A stretch of 64,000 bases of DNA, taken from Candidatus Hadarchaeales archaeon. Lineage in GTDB: Archaea; Hadarchaeota; Hadarchaeia; Hadarchaeales; Hadarchaeaceae. This document shows, in pieces, positions 42,806 through 52,170 of the stretch; positions within the stretch are counted from its first letter, which is position 1; each line of letters starts with the position of its first letter. The notes under the pieces were generated by a model, which was not told the origin of the DNA, ran no database searches, and worked only from the letters and a program-made list of their open reading frames with translations. The translations under genes were made by a program, and so were the position numbers. Location: the NCBI GenBank assembly GCA_038851075.1, contig JAWCLG010000003.1, positions 1 to 64,000 of the forward strand, written 5' to 3'.

Positions 42806-45442
42806 TCACGAACCCCCGAGAACCTGCTCTATTATCTTGTTCACGTTTACCGCTTTACCCTTGTCACTTTTAGCCGGATCGACGCCGTCCTCTCCGTAAA
42901 CGAACTGCACGATCGCGCCTCGATCATCTCTGACAGTTCCATCGTACTCAACTCTGAGGTCCTGCAGCGCATTTATAAGGCGTCTCTGCATGTATCCGCT
43001 CTGCGCGGTTCTGACGGCCGTGTCCACAAGACCCTCCCTTCCACCCATGGCATGGAAGAAGTACTCGATAGGCTTCAGGCCGTCCTTATAGCTCGATCTC
43101 ACAAAACCCCTCGCTCTGGCTCCGAGATCATCCGGCATGAAATGCGGGAGAGGACGCCTCCTGTAGCCTCTGCTCAGCCTCTCACCGCGAACGGACTGCT
43201 GGCCGACGCATGCTGCCATCTGCGTCAGGTTAAGCATGCTGCCCCTTGCTCCGGTTCTTGCCATTATCACTGCCGGGTTGGTCAAACCGAGGTGTTTCTC
43301 TGCAACTTTACCGGACGCATCCCTGCTCTCCGCCAGAACCTCCATTATTCTCATCTCCAGGGTTTCCCTCAGGGAGCGCCCGGGAATCGGTTCGAGTTCT
43401 CCGGCGTTATATATCTCTATGAGCCTGTTGACCTTCTCCTCAGCCTCGTCCAGTATTTCGCTTATTCTTTCCTTGGCCTCGGGAGGAATGTCCTCATCGT
43501 CTATACTCGTGGTGAACCCGAACATCATTGCCGCGGCTATGGACAGCCTCGTGACCCTATCCAGAAATTCTCTCGCCGCATCGGGACCAAGGTCCTTTAT
43601 TATTCTGTCAAGAATTTCGCATCTGTCAAGCGCCTTAAAGCTCTTCGCGTCAACAACTCCGCTGACAAGCTCCCCATCCTTTATAACCACATAAGCATCG
43701 ATATCACACTCGGTCTCCTTACACTTTGAACAGTTCTCGCATATCTTGGCCTTGAAGACCATGTTCAACCCCTTTGGCAAAAGCATGCTGAATATCTGCT
43801 TCCCGGTCCAGTACTCCTGTCCCTTTTCCCTGACGGCTGGCTTTGGCAAATCAGAGAATACCCCGGCGTAAGCCAGCAGCTGATGGGCCTGCTCCCTGTT
43901 CAGAAGAGTTCCCCTCCGGGTAAGCATGTAAGATCCAGTAATGTGGTCCTGTATACCGCCGATGATCGGCCCTCCAAATCTGGGGGAGAGTATGTGCTCC
44001 TGCACCCGCATCAGGACTCTTGCCTCAACCCTCGCTTCCTCCGTCTGCAAAACGTGCATGTTCATCTCATCTCCATCGAAGTCTGCGTTGTATGGCGGGC
44101 ACACGCTAAGGTTCAGCCTGAAGGTCCTGCCAGGAAGGACCCTTACCTCATGCGCCATAATCGACATCCTGTGAAGAGACGGTTGTCTATTGAACAGCAC
44201 GATGTCTCCATCCTTCAGATGTCTCTCCACCACGTAACCAGCTTCAAGTTTTTCCGCTATTTCCTCCCTTTCAGCATATCGCAGGTCGTATCTCTTGCCG
44301 TCCGGGCCAATGACGCTGTTGGCCCCGGGATAAACGTCGGGGCCCCTCCTGATATAGTTCTTCATCTCTTCAATGTTGAAATCGGTGACCCTCTCAGGAA
44401 CCGTCATCTCCTTGGCGATGTTTTCAGGGACCCCCACCTCATTTATTCCGATGTTCGGGTCAGGAGAAACAACCGTGCGCGCTGAGAAATCAACCCTTTT
44501 TCCGGAGAGATTTCCTCTGAATCTTCCCTCCTTTCCCCTGAGCCGCTGCGCCAGAGTTCTCAGGACCCTTCCGGACCTGTGTCTGGCCGGCGGAACACCT
44601 GAAATGCTGTTATCAAAATAGGTGATTACGTGATACTGCAGCAGCTCCCACAGGTCCTCCACTATCAGGTGAGGCGCACCGGCCTCTATGTTCTCAGCCA
44701 GGCGCTGGTTTATCCTTATGATATCAACCAGCTTATGCGTGATATCATCCTCAGACCTAACTCCTGATTCCAGCGTTATGCTGGGTCTCACTGTTACAGG
44801 CGGAACGGGCAGGACGGTGAGGACCATCCACTCTGGTCTGGCAACCTTGGGGTCCACGCCCATCAGCAATGAGTCCTCGTCGCTCAGCTTTTCCAGTCTC
44901 TCCCTGACATCACTCTGCGTGAGCCTGTTTTTGCCCTCTATGAAAGTTGTTGGCTTTTCGAATTTTATTTTCGCCTGTTTCTCCCCGCAGTGGGGACACT
45001 TTTCTGCAACCGTGGCGATTTTGAGAACCTGTTCTGAAACAGACCACCATTTGCCTCCGCTTCTCTTCAGCTCATCCATCTGGTTCTTGAATTCGTCCAG
45101 CTTTTCCTGGGATACCAGAACCCTGTTGCATTCCTTGTTTCTGCATATCGCCCTGAGAAAGTCGTATATCACTTCAACGTATCCAACGTGAATCACCGGT
45201 CGGGCCAGCTCAACGTGCCCGAAGTGTCCCGGGCATTTCCCGGCCCTTGCTCCGCATGTTCTGCACCTGAGCCCTGGATCAACAACTCCCAGCCTCATGT
45301 CCATAAGTCCTTTCTCGATCGGGTAACCCTCTTCGTCGTATGTGTCCGCCGTCACAATTTTTGTAACGGACATTTTTCTTATGTCATCGGGTGACATCAG
45401 CCCGAAGTTTATGCTGTCTATAACTTTTGGAATCCTCATCAT
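42806..45442 (-). CDS. rpoA1: RNA polymerase subunit A' (Rpo1N)
   Basis: CPGHFGH, YNADFDGDEMN, GREGLVDTA. Confidence 0.98.
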   Translation of the reverse strand: MMRIPKVIDSINFGLMSPDDIRKMSVTKIVTADTYDEEGYPIEKGLMDMRLGVVDPGLRCRTCGARAGKCPGHFGHVELARPVIHVGYVEVIYDFLRAICRNKECNRVLVSQEKLDEFKNQMDELKRSGGKWWSVSEQVLKIATVAEKCPHCGEKQAKIKFEKPTTFIEGKNRLTQSDVRERLEKLSDEDSLLMGVDPKVARPEWMVLTVLPVPPVTVRPSITLESGVRSEDDITHKLVDIIRINQRLAENIEAGAPHLIVEDLWELLQYHVITYFDNSISGVPPARHRSGRVLRTLAQRLRGKEGRFRGNLSGKRVDFSARTVVSPDPNIGINEVGVPENIAKEMTVPERVTDFNIEEMKNYIRRGPDVYPGANSVIGPDGKRYDLRYAEREEIAEKLEAGYVVERHLKDGDIVLFNRQPSLHRMSIMAHEVRVLPGRTFRLNLSVCPPYNADFDGDEMNMHVLQTEEARVEARVLMRVQEHILSPRFGGPIIGGIQDHITGSYMLTRRGTLLNREQAHQLLAYAGVFSDLPKPAVREKGQEYWTGKQIFSMLLPKGLNMVFKAKICENCSKCKETECDIDAYVVIKDGELVSGVVDAKSFKALDRCEILDRIIKDLGPDAAREFLDRVTRLSIAAAMMFGFTTSIDDEDIPPEAKERISEILDEAEEKVNRLIEIYNAGELEPIPGRSLRETLEMRIMEVLAESRDASGKVAEKHLGLTNPAVIMARTGARGSMLNLTQMAACVGQQSVRGERLSRGYRRRPLPHFMPDDLGARARGFVRSSYKDGLKPIEYFFHAMGGREGLVDTAVRTAQSGYMQRRLINALQDLRVEYDGTVRDDRGAIVQFVYGEDGVDPAKSDKGKAVNVNKIIEQVLGGS

Positions 45443-45451
45443 TCACATCAC

Positions 45452-48400
45452 CTACGCCCTGTCCCGCAGCTTCAGACGGGGAAGCATGCAAAGCGACTTT
45501 AGTTCGTCGAGAAGAAGTTTGAAAGCATACGACATTTCGACTCCATATATCTCCGAATCCTCTTCACAGAGCGGGCAGTAAGCACGGTCCCTCTTCAGGT
45601 CGTATACCGCCATGGCCCCGCACTTTCCGCAGACTAGGCCAGTGTACCTGTCCGAGGCATCGAGAAGCCTCTCCATGAGAAGCATCGCGGCTCCGTGTCC
45701 GATGAGGCAGTCACGCTCCATTTCTCCGACCCTCAGACCTCCCTCCCTGGCTCTCCCCTCCGTGGGCTGGTGAGTAAGGACCTGAACCGGTCCCCTCGAC
45801 CTAGCGTGTATCTTGTCCGCCACCATGTGGTGCAGTTTCTGATAATAACACACACCGATGAATATCTCTGCCTGGATCATCTCACCGGTCGTTCCGTTGT
45901 AAAGAACCTCCTTTCCGGTGTTCTTGAAACCGTGTGCCACCAGCATCTCACGGAGTTCCTTCTCAGGGACAGCCATGAAGGTGGTGCCTTCGATCCTTTG
46001 GCCTGCCATGGATCCGGCTTTACCTGCTATCATCTCAAGAAGCTGCCCTACTGACATCCTGGAGGGGAGAGCGTGGGGGTTTATGATGATATCTGGAACC
46101 GTTCCATCCTCAGAAAACGGCATGTCCGCGCCATTCATTATTATTCCCGCAACTCCCTTCTGACCGTGTCTCGACGCAAGCTTGTCCCCTATTTCTGGTA
46201 TCCTTAGATCCCTGACCCTGACTCTGGCGAATTTGTTGCCCTCAGACGTAGTGCTCATGAGCACCATATCAACAATGCCCTCCTCACTCGGCCTTACCCT
46301 CACGGAACTCTCGCGTCTGCCGTGCTCAACCGGCAGTCCGAACTCATCAATCTCCTCAAGGAAACGCGGCGGGCTGGTCTTTCCAATCAGGACATCGTCG
46401 CCCCTCACCTCAACCTCAGGCATTGTTATTCCGTCATCACCGAGATTGCGATACTTGCTCGCGTCGGAGTATCCCCGAATGTCTTCGCCTGGTATTTCAA
46501 ACTTGTCCATCTGTCCTCCGGGATACCTGCTCTCTTCAGCCTCGTATATCCTATAAAATGTGGTTCTGCCAAAACCTAGGTCGACCGCCTCCCTCTTGAG
46601 TATCAGCGCATCCTCCATGTTATATCCGCCATAGCATGCGATCGCAACGACCACATTCTGACCTGCAGGCCTGCGGTCGAATCCGACAAGATCCATTATC
46701 TTCGTTTTAACGAGGGGCACCTGCGGATAGTGCATGAAGTGTCCACGCGTGTCAACCCTCCTGTGAATACTCGTGGTCATGACTCCAAGGGCCTGCTTTG
46801 CCATGTTTGCTCCGTATGTATTTCTCGGAGACTGATTGTGCTCGGAGTAAGGAACAAGCGCCGCGCTTATACCGAGAATCACCAGTGGATGAAGCTCCAG
46901 GTGAGTGTGGCTCTCATTGAGCTCGTTCTCAAAGACCGCGATATGTGCGTTCTCCTCTTCCTCCGCGTCGAGATACTCAACGATTCCTCTTTCAATAAGC
47001 TCCCTCCATGACATGCCCCTCTTAACTTTTTCAAGAATATCTGGCGTCAGAAGTGACTTTCCCCTCTCAACGACTATAACGGGTCTCCTCACTCTGCCCG
47101 GATCCGTATTTATCTTCACCTCGTTTGTGTCTTCACGGTATGCAACGTTGACCTGCTCATTTATCTCACCCTTTCTACGCATTTTCCTCAGCTCCGAAAC
47201 CAGCTCTATTCCTCTGTCCGTTATGCCCACAAGTCTGCCGTTTATGTAGACGCTCTCCTTTTCTCCCCTCTCGCTCCCTTTCTCTATCCTTGTAACTCCA
47301 AGCTTGTAGAGAACGCGCTCGACCGCCCCATCATCAGTGCCTGTTGATATCTCCGCCAGTGTCGACAGGTTCTTGACGAGTCCGCAGTTCGGTCCCTCCG
47401 GAGTTTCACACGGACATATTCTTCCCCAGTGGGTCGGATGTAAATCTCTGGCCTCGAAGTGCGGCTGACTCCTGCTAAGCGGGGAAACCACCCTCCTGAG
47501 GTGTGATATCGTGGCGATATAATTGGTCCTGTCAAGAAGCTGGCTCACCCCGGTTCTTCCGCCTGGCCAGTTTCCGGTCGCCAGCGCGTGCCTGACTCTC
47601 TCTGTGAGAACATCCGCCCTGGCCGCAGTCCTGACGTTGAGCTCCCTGCCCCTGGCGTGGGCACGCTCGAGCTGATACTTTATGTCCCGTGTGAGATTCA
47701 GAAAAGCAAGCCTGAAAACGTTCTCAAGAAGGTCTCCAGCCAGCTTCAGTCGCTTGTTTGCATAGTGATCCTTGTCATCCACATCACGCTTGCCGAGCGC
47801 CAGCTCTATCACAAGCTCCACCATTCTTCCGAGATAATACGCCTTGCTTACCCTATCCTTAGGTTTTGATCCTATGTGTGGCAGGAGATACCTGTCCAGA
47901 ACTTCCTTCGCACGCTGTATTCGGTACTCTCGAGTCTGCCCTATTGCAACCCTCTTTCCTATTACATCAAGAGCCTCCTCCTGATTCCGGACCTCAACGG
48001 CCTCCTGAAGGTTCTCAAAAAGCTCTCTGACTATCTCCGGGTCCTTGGAAACCGCGTCCACGATCTCCCGGTCCTTCTCAACCCCGAGCGCACGCATCAC
48101 CACAACAAAAGGTATCTGCCCTGGAACCGCAGGAAAGGAAACGCGCAGCAGTCCGTCCCTTTTTCTCTCAACAAGAACAAGAGCCCTGAATCCGCGATGA
48201 GTCGAGAAAACCTTCGCAACCTCAGTTCCCATCCGCTCGTCACGCTCAACTAGGACTACATTCGAGGCCAGATCTTCCTGAGCGACAATCACCCTCTCTG
48301 AGCCGTTCACCACGAAGTACCCGCCAGGATCGAGCGGGTCCTCCCCAACATTGATAAGCTGCTCCTCGGTCAGGCCATAGAGCTTGCATTTCTTGGACTT

Positions 48401-48763
48401 TAACATGACTGGAAGTTCTCCTATGTAAACATTCTCTGGCGGCCCTTCTCTGCCCTTCTCAACAACTGACATCTCGAGATAAATCGGGGCAGTATATGAA
48501 AGATTCCTCAGTCTGGCCTCTGACGGATAAACTGATGGATTTGAACCGTCCGCCTCCTTTATCGAGGGTGGATGTATGGTGACTTTTCCAAACTTCACGT
48601 AAACTCCAGGTATATCAAGCTCTATACCCGCGAGCTCATCAATTACCTGCTGTATTCCACGTTCCACGAAATCGTTGTAGGAATCGAGGTGCTGCCTGAC
48701 GAGACCCTTTTCCTTTATAAATGCTTCAACAAGCGGCCATGTATCCAAACTTTCACCCCTCAA
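45452..48763 (-). CDS. rpoB: RNA polymerase subunit B (Rpo2, unsplit)
   Basis: [39 protein letters not shown]-terminal Zn finger. Confidence 0.98.
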   Translation of the reverse strand: MRGESLDTWPLVEAFIKEKGLVRQHLDSYNDFVERGIQQVIDELAGIELDIPGVYVKFGKVTIHPPSIKEADGSNPSVYPSEARLRNLSYTAPIYLEMSVVEKGREGPPENVYIGELPVMLKSKKCKLYGLTEEQLINVGEDPLDPGGYFVVNGSERVIVAQEDLASNVVLVERDERMGTEVAKVFSTHRGFRALVLVERKRDGLLRVSFPAVPGQIPFVVVMRALGVEKDREIVDAVSKDPEIVRELFENLQEAVEVRNQEEALDVIGKRVAIGQTREYRIQRAKEVLDRYLLPHIGSKPKDRVSKAYYLGRMVELVIELALGKRDVDDKDHYANKRLKLAGDLLENVFRLAFLNLTRDIKYQLERAHARGRELNVRTAARADVLTERVRHALATGNWPGGRTGVSQLLDRTNYIATISHLRRVVSPLSRSQPHFEARDLHPTHWGRICPCETPEGPNCGLVKNLSTLAEISTGTDDGAVERVLYKLGVTRIEKGSERGEKESVYINGRLVGITDRGIELVSELRKMRRKGEINEQVNVAYREDTNEVKINTDPGRVRRPVIVVERGKSLLTPDILEKVKRGMSWRELIERGIVEYLDAEEEENAHIAVFENELNESHTHLELHPLVILGISAALVPYSEHNQSPRNTYGANMAKQALGVMTTSIHRRVDTRGHFMHYPQVPLVKTKIMDLVGFDRRPAGQNVVVAIACYGGYNMEDALILKREAVDLGFGRTTFYRIYEAEESRYPGGQMDKFEIPGEDIRGYSDASKYRNLGDDGITMPEVEVRGDDVLIGKTSPPRFLEEIDEFGLPVEHGRRESSVRVRPSEEGIVDMVLMSTTSEGNKFARVRVRDLRIPEIGDKLASRHGQKGVAGIIMNGADMPFSEDGTVPDIIINPHALPSRMSVGQLLEMIAGKAGSMAGQRIEGTTFMAVPEKELREMLVAHGFKNTGKEVLYNGTTGEMIQAEIFIGVCYYQKLHHMVADKIHARSRGPVQVLTHQPTEGRAREGGLRVGEMERDCLIGHGAAMLLMERLLDASDRYTGLVCGKCGAMAVYDLKRDRAYCPLCEEDSEIYGVEMSYAFKLLLDELKSLCMLPRLKLRDRA

Positions 48764-48995
48764 TCACGTATCTGTAAGCTATCGCTTTACCTGCGGTTTG
48801 ACTTTTTCGAGTAATCTTCAAAACGTCTCCGGGTTTTGCTCCCACCGCCCTCGCTGCAGGGTCTGAGGCCTTGATCATTGGAAGCTGATAAGGAGTCACT
48901 TTATATCTCTGGAGGAGCTCTTCCACTTCCTTCTTTGACATCACCTCATGCTTTGGCACGAGCACGTGCCCCGTTATGTCTATTTCTTCCGTCAT
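48753..48995 (-). CDS. rpoH: RNA polymerase subunit H (Rpo5)
   Basis: HVLVPKH, QLP.I..SDP, GDVLKI.RKS.TAG. Confidence 0.96.
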   Translation of the reverse strand: MTEEIDITGHVLVPKHEVMSKKEVEELLQRYKVTPYQLPMIKASDPAARAVGAKPGDVLKITRKSQTAGKAIAYRYVIEG

Positions 48996-49015
48996 GGTTT
49001 TACCCGCGTTCGCGA

Positions 49016-49090
49016 CGGGCCCGGCGGGATTCGAACCCGCGACACCCGGCTTAAAAGGCCGGTGCGCTGGCCAGACTGCGCTACGGGCCC
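49016..49090 (-). tRNA. tRNA-Lys(TTT), intronless, CCA not encoded
   Basis: GGGCCCG/CGGGCCC acceptor; CCGGC-CTTTTAA-GCCGG anticodon arm; GGTTCGAATCC. Confidence 0.95.
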
Positions 49091-49173
49091 CTATAAAGCG
49101 GCGTAAAATCCCCTTTTATCTCTTTCGTGATTTTAAATCGCGTAAAGTGTTTTTAAGCTTTTCTGATGCCGGC

Positions 49174-50040
49174 TCACGAAATGGTGCCACCGCCGGAGCC
49201 GTCCATGGACAGGGTAGCAACAACCCAGTCATAACCATACGTTGTCTCAAAAGATGTTTCTATTGTCTGATCTTCGTATCCGAAGGTGTGCCTGAACACT
49301 CTCTCCGTTCCCTCCGCTATCCTTATCCTAACCGTGGCCTCTGTGTTTTCTTGGACCCCATTTGCCGAATAATATCTGACCTTGACAATGTAGTTGCCCG
49401 CCCTGGCGCTCTGCATGGTAAAGTGCTCCGGACCGTACCCGTTTACATCGTCCACATCAAGCTCGGCCCCCGGTATGCCACTTTTATTTCCATAATAGCA
49501 GTGATTCATGTCGGGATCCCACACATGGAGATCGACATCATTATAGTCTGTATTCCACGTTAACTGAATCCATATGTCCATCGGAGGGATATCCGCATAC
49601 ACTGTGAAGACATCGCTCTGCGCAGCGGTATTGCCTTGCAGGTCTCTCACGATTATCCTGAAGGTGTTGGCCCCCCTAGTTAAAACACGTGTTTCATAAA
49701 AAATCCATTCATCGCTCACATATGAAACCGGAATCTCCTCCTCCTGACCATTGAACACCAGATAAACAGTGCCAGCAAACTCCTGCGTGTTTCCGGCATC
49801 CGGATTTTCTACTGTGCCCGATATGCGCTGGATCCTCTGACCTGTAGTTCCACCGTTCGTGATCAGGTTTCCTTCGGCATCGTAAAGTCCTGTTATAACC
49901 GCGTTGCCGAAGCTTCCTCCTCCACCGCCACCGCTGCTCACTGCAACCAAAACAACGGTGACCGAAACTGAAACTACTATAATCACCACTATTACGGCAA
50001 TGAGAACGGGTGCGAATCCACTGTTTTCAATTTTAACCAT
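49174..50040 (-). CDS. Membrane-anchored or pilin-like protein with Ig-like and YfaP/DUF2135 domains
   Basis: MVKIENSG/FAPVLIAVIVVIIVV, Gly linker, IQLTW..DVDLHVWDP..LDVDD..GYGPEHF. Confidence 0.8.
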   Translation of the reverse strand: MVKIENSGFAPVLIAVIVVIIVVSVSVTVVLVAVSSGGGGGGSFGNAVITGLYDAEGNLITNGGTTGQRIQRISGTVENPDAGNTQEFAGTVYLVFNGQEEEIPVSYVSDEWIFYETRVLTRGANTFRIIVRDLQGNTAAQSDVFTVYADIPPMDIWIQLTWNTDYNDVDLHVWDPDMNHCYYGNKSGIPGAELDVDDVNGYGPEHFTMQSARAGNYIVKVRYYSANGVQENTEATVRIRIAEGTERVFRHTFGYEDQTIETSFETTYGYDWVVATLSMDGSGGGTIS

Positions 50041-50211
50041 TTCATCTATTATAGCAGTCATCAGGCACAATATAAACATATCCCCACGTTCGCGTTTTAG
50101 CAAAATTCAAGTATTCCAGCTCATTTTTTCGATATCAAAACTCAGAGATGAAAAACGCATTTAGCGATTCAGCGATTCTGTGCAATCAAATGAGTGGTGC
50201 CCGGGTTCAGG

Positions 50212-50311
50212 TGGCGCCCATCGGCGGAGCGTTTAACTCCTTGGCCGGGATTTGAACCCGGGGCGGAGCCTCGACAGGGCTCCATGTTGGTCCGGTCTAC
50301 ACCACCAGGGC
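50212..50311 (-). tRNA. tRNA-Asp(GTC) with a 22-nt BHB intron (50220-50241) in the 3' acceptor strand (position 68/69)
   Basis: GAGCC-CTGTCGA-GGCTC anticodon arm; removing AGGAGTTAAACGCTCCGCCGAT restores CCAGGGC-G-CCA, which pairs 7/7 with 5' GCCCTGG. Confidence 0.88.
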
Positions 50312-50395
50312 ACCGGTTTGAACTTAAGTATGGGGACTTTAAACCTTTAACGCCGGAAACCACAAATTTTGCTCCAGAATAAATCGACATCTTAG

Positions 50396-50519
50396 TGGTT
50401 GGCAGCGTATCGGGCTTCCCGCCGGCTTGCGCACGGCAGTACAACCTCGATCGCTGGCGGGCTTAACTTCCGGGATCTGACGGGACCGGGTGTCACCCCG
50501 CCGCTATGGCCGCCAACCA
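50396..50519 (-). rRNA. rrf: 5S rRNA (not linked to the 16S gene)
   Basis: GGCGGCCATAGCGG, CACCCGGTCCCG, GAAGTTAAGCC, GTACTG; terminal helix TGGTTGGC/GCCAACCA. Confidence 0.93.
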
Positions 50520-50560
50520 AGTATGAGGTCTTGTTCAGACCGGTTAAAAAGATTGTCGGA

Positions 50561-50678
50561 TGGTCCCGCGGGGGAGATTTGAACTCCCGACATGTCGGTT
50601 CCTATCTTTTTTGGGTCTCTGGCCCGCCTTCCATATGGCGAACAGCCGACCACTCTAACCAGGCTGAGTTACCGCGGG
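50561..50678 (-). tRNA. tRNA-Tyr(GTA) with two BHB introns: 23 nt at 35/36 (50619-50641) and 17 nt at 37/38 (50600-50616)
   Basis: C1-G72 and A73 (archaeal Tyr identity), encoded CCA; splicing gives GTCGG-CTGTAGA-CCGAC. Confidence 0.88.
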
Positions 50679-50711
50679 ACCAATTAAGTTTCTTCTCTAA
50701 TTTCTTAAATA

Positions 50712-51821
50712 TCATCCCATGAACACGTGCAGTCTTCTCAGGGCGTCCAGTTTTTCTCTTTGCCCGATACCGGCAGATTTAACCGCATCTCCCAGAATTT
50801 CTATCGTTCTCTGATAAGTTATTTTGTCTACCGGGTATGGAACACCGTCCTTACCTCCATGTGCGAAGCTGAACTTTACAGGGTCTTTCCATGAGGGCGG
50901 TTTTCCGTAAATTAGATCGGAAACTAGCGCCAGCGCTCGCACGGCTTTTGGACCTATACCGCGGATGGCAACAAGCCCCTCGTAGTTCTCGGGCTGAAGC
51001 TCGTATGCTCTCTGCAAAGCCGCGAGCGTTTGCTCCGTCAGCTTAGTTATCGCGTGAGAGGTTGGCATCACAAGCTTCGGCACTTTGGGACTTCTTTGAT
51101 CAAAATATTCATCGAGGGAGCGCTGTTCCGCCTCGCGCACGTATGGCAGCAAACGCTTCGGGTTGTCCCGAACCAAATCTACGCAGGTCTTGCGCGTTTC
51201 TTCACTATCCCGCGCGGTCATGTCCAACACCACTTCCTCGCTTCGGTCACCAATGATTCCAGAGTGAGGTTCCTCCACGAAACTTTTCACCCCTTCGAAG
51301 AGCCAGTGGTAACGCCTGGCCATTTGCCCGTGCATCCCCTGCTGTATCACCGCCCAGTCTCCGTTCTCTGTGAAAATGAAAACGTGATGATAAAGCTGAT
51401 AACCATCTTGGACGCAGGCGCTGTCGACCTTTGCAGCCATCCTGCTCGCATGCTTTAACCTATCGATCGTATGCGAGGAGAGGGAGAAAACATCACCGGC
51501 CCTTTCAATTTCCTCAGGCGTGAGTCTCGATGTTCTTCCCTTTCCTCCGCACACGGATATCCCAAGCTCCTCCGGTCTTATCGCCTCTTTCAGAGCCCCA
51601 CAAACGGTCGTTGTAAGTCCGGAGGAATGCCAGTCAAAACCGAGGGTGCATCCAAGAGCCTGAAAGAAAAAAGGATCCCCGATTCTTCTCAAAAATTCCT
51701 CTTGACCATACTCAAGAACTATCGCCCGACATATTGCTTCGCTAAGGCATTTCATTCTCTTGAAGAGCCACGGCGGACATCTCCCTCCGTGAAGGGGCAG
51801 TTCAGCGATACCGGATTTCAT
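50712..51821 (-). CDS. DUF763 family protein
   Basis: LPLHGG..PPWLF.RM, GFDWHSSG.TT, QDGYQLYHH, FSFAHGGKDGVPYPV. Confidence 0.88.
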   Translation of the reverse strand: MKSGIAELPLHGGRCPPWLFKRMKCLSEAICRAIVLEYGQEEFLRRIGDPFFFQALGCTLGFDWHSSGLTTTVCGALKEAIRPEELGISVCGGKGRTSRLTPEEIERAGDVFSLSSHTIDRLKHASRMAAKVDSACVQDGYQLYHHVFIFTENGDWAVIQQGMHGQMARRYHWLFEGVKSFVEEPHSGIIGDRSEEVVLDMTARDSEETRKTCVDLVRDNPKRLLPYVREAEQRSLDEYFDQRSPKVPKLVMPTSHAITKLTEQTLAALQRAYELQPENYEGLVAIRGIGPKAVRALALVSDLIYGKPPSWKDPVKFSFAHGGKDGVPYPVDKITYQRTIEILGDAVKSAGIGQREKLDALRRLHVFMG

Positions 51822-51903
51822 CAGAAAGCACGTGTAGTTTGAAAAAGATAAATCTAATATCAAATAGGCTGTGGAACGCAGGTCCGCTGTTGAAAGCATG
51901 GAG

Positions 51904-52119
51904 TCATTTTGTTAGATGGTACCCAGCGGCCTTTTCACGCGCCACGCGCTTGGCGTACCCCTTCGCCACGAGCTCCATCAGCGCGTTGTTAACCATTCCT
52001 TTCGGAAGTTTTGCAGCGCGCATGACGTCGTCGGCCGTCTTCAGGGTCGTTGGCGCGGTGGCACCAAGCTTTTTCATGATGTCATACACTTTCTGGGCAT
52101 TCGGAGTAAGATCCGTCAT
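51904..52119 (-). CDS. Small basic winged-helix protein (putative DNA-binding)
   Basis: 71 aa; LT..AQKVYD.M..TADDV....LPKGMVNNAL.EL..KGY; GAGGTG RBS and upstream TTTAAA. Confidence 0.7.
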   Translation of the reverse strand: MTDLTPNAQKVYDIMKKLGATAPTTLKTADDVMRAAKLPKGMVNNALMELVAKGYAKRVAREKAAGYHLTK

Positions 52120-52170
52120 TTTCTACACCTCTGTTTTCATCGGTCCTGTAGAAATTTAAAACATTCGCTT

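Noticed and set aside
50234-50311. Call as a tRNA-Asp pseudogene with a mismatched acceptor stem
   Set aside because: BHB-guided removal of 22 nt restores a perfect stem, G73 and CCA.
50561-50678. Call as tRNA-Asn(GTT) with a single intron
   Set aside because: It would need a pyrimidine at position 37 and gives no proper BHB. C1-G72/A73 and two clean BHBs support Tyr(GTA).
48976-50722. ORFs 48976-49563, 49904-50164, 50169-50444, 50194-50382 and 50399-50722
   Set aside because: They overlap tRNA/5S genes or are antisense to the DUF2135 gene.
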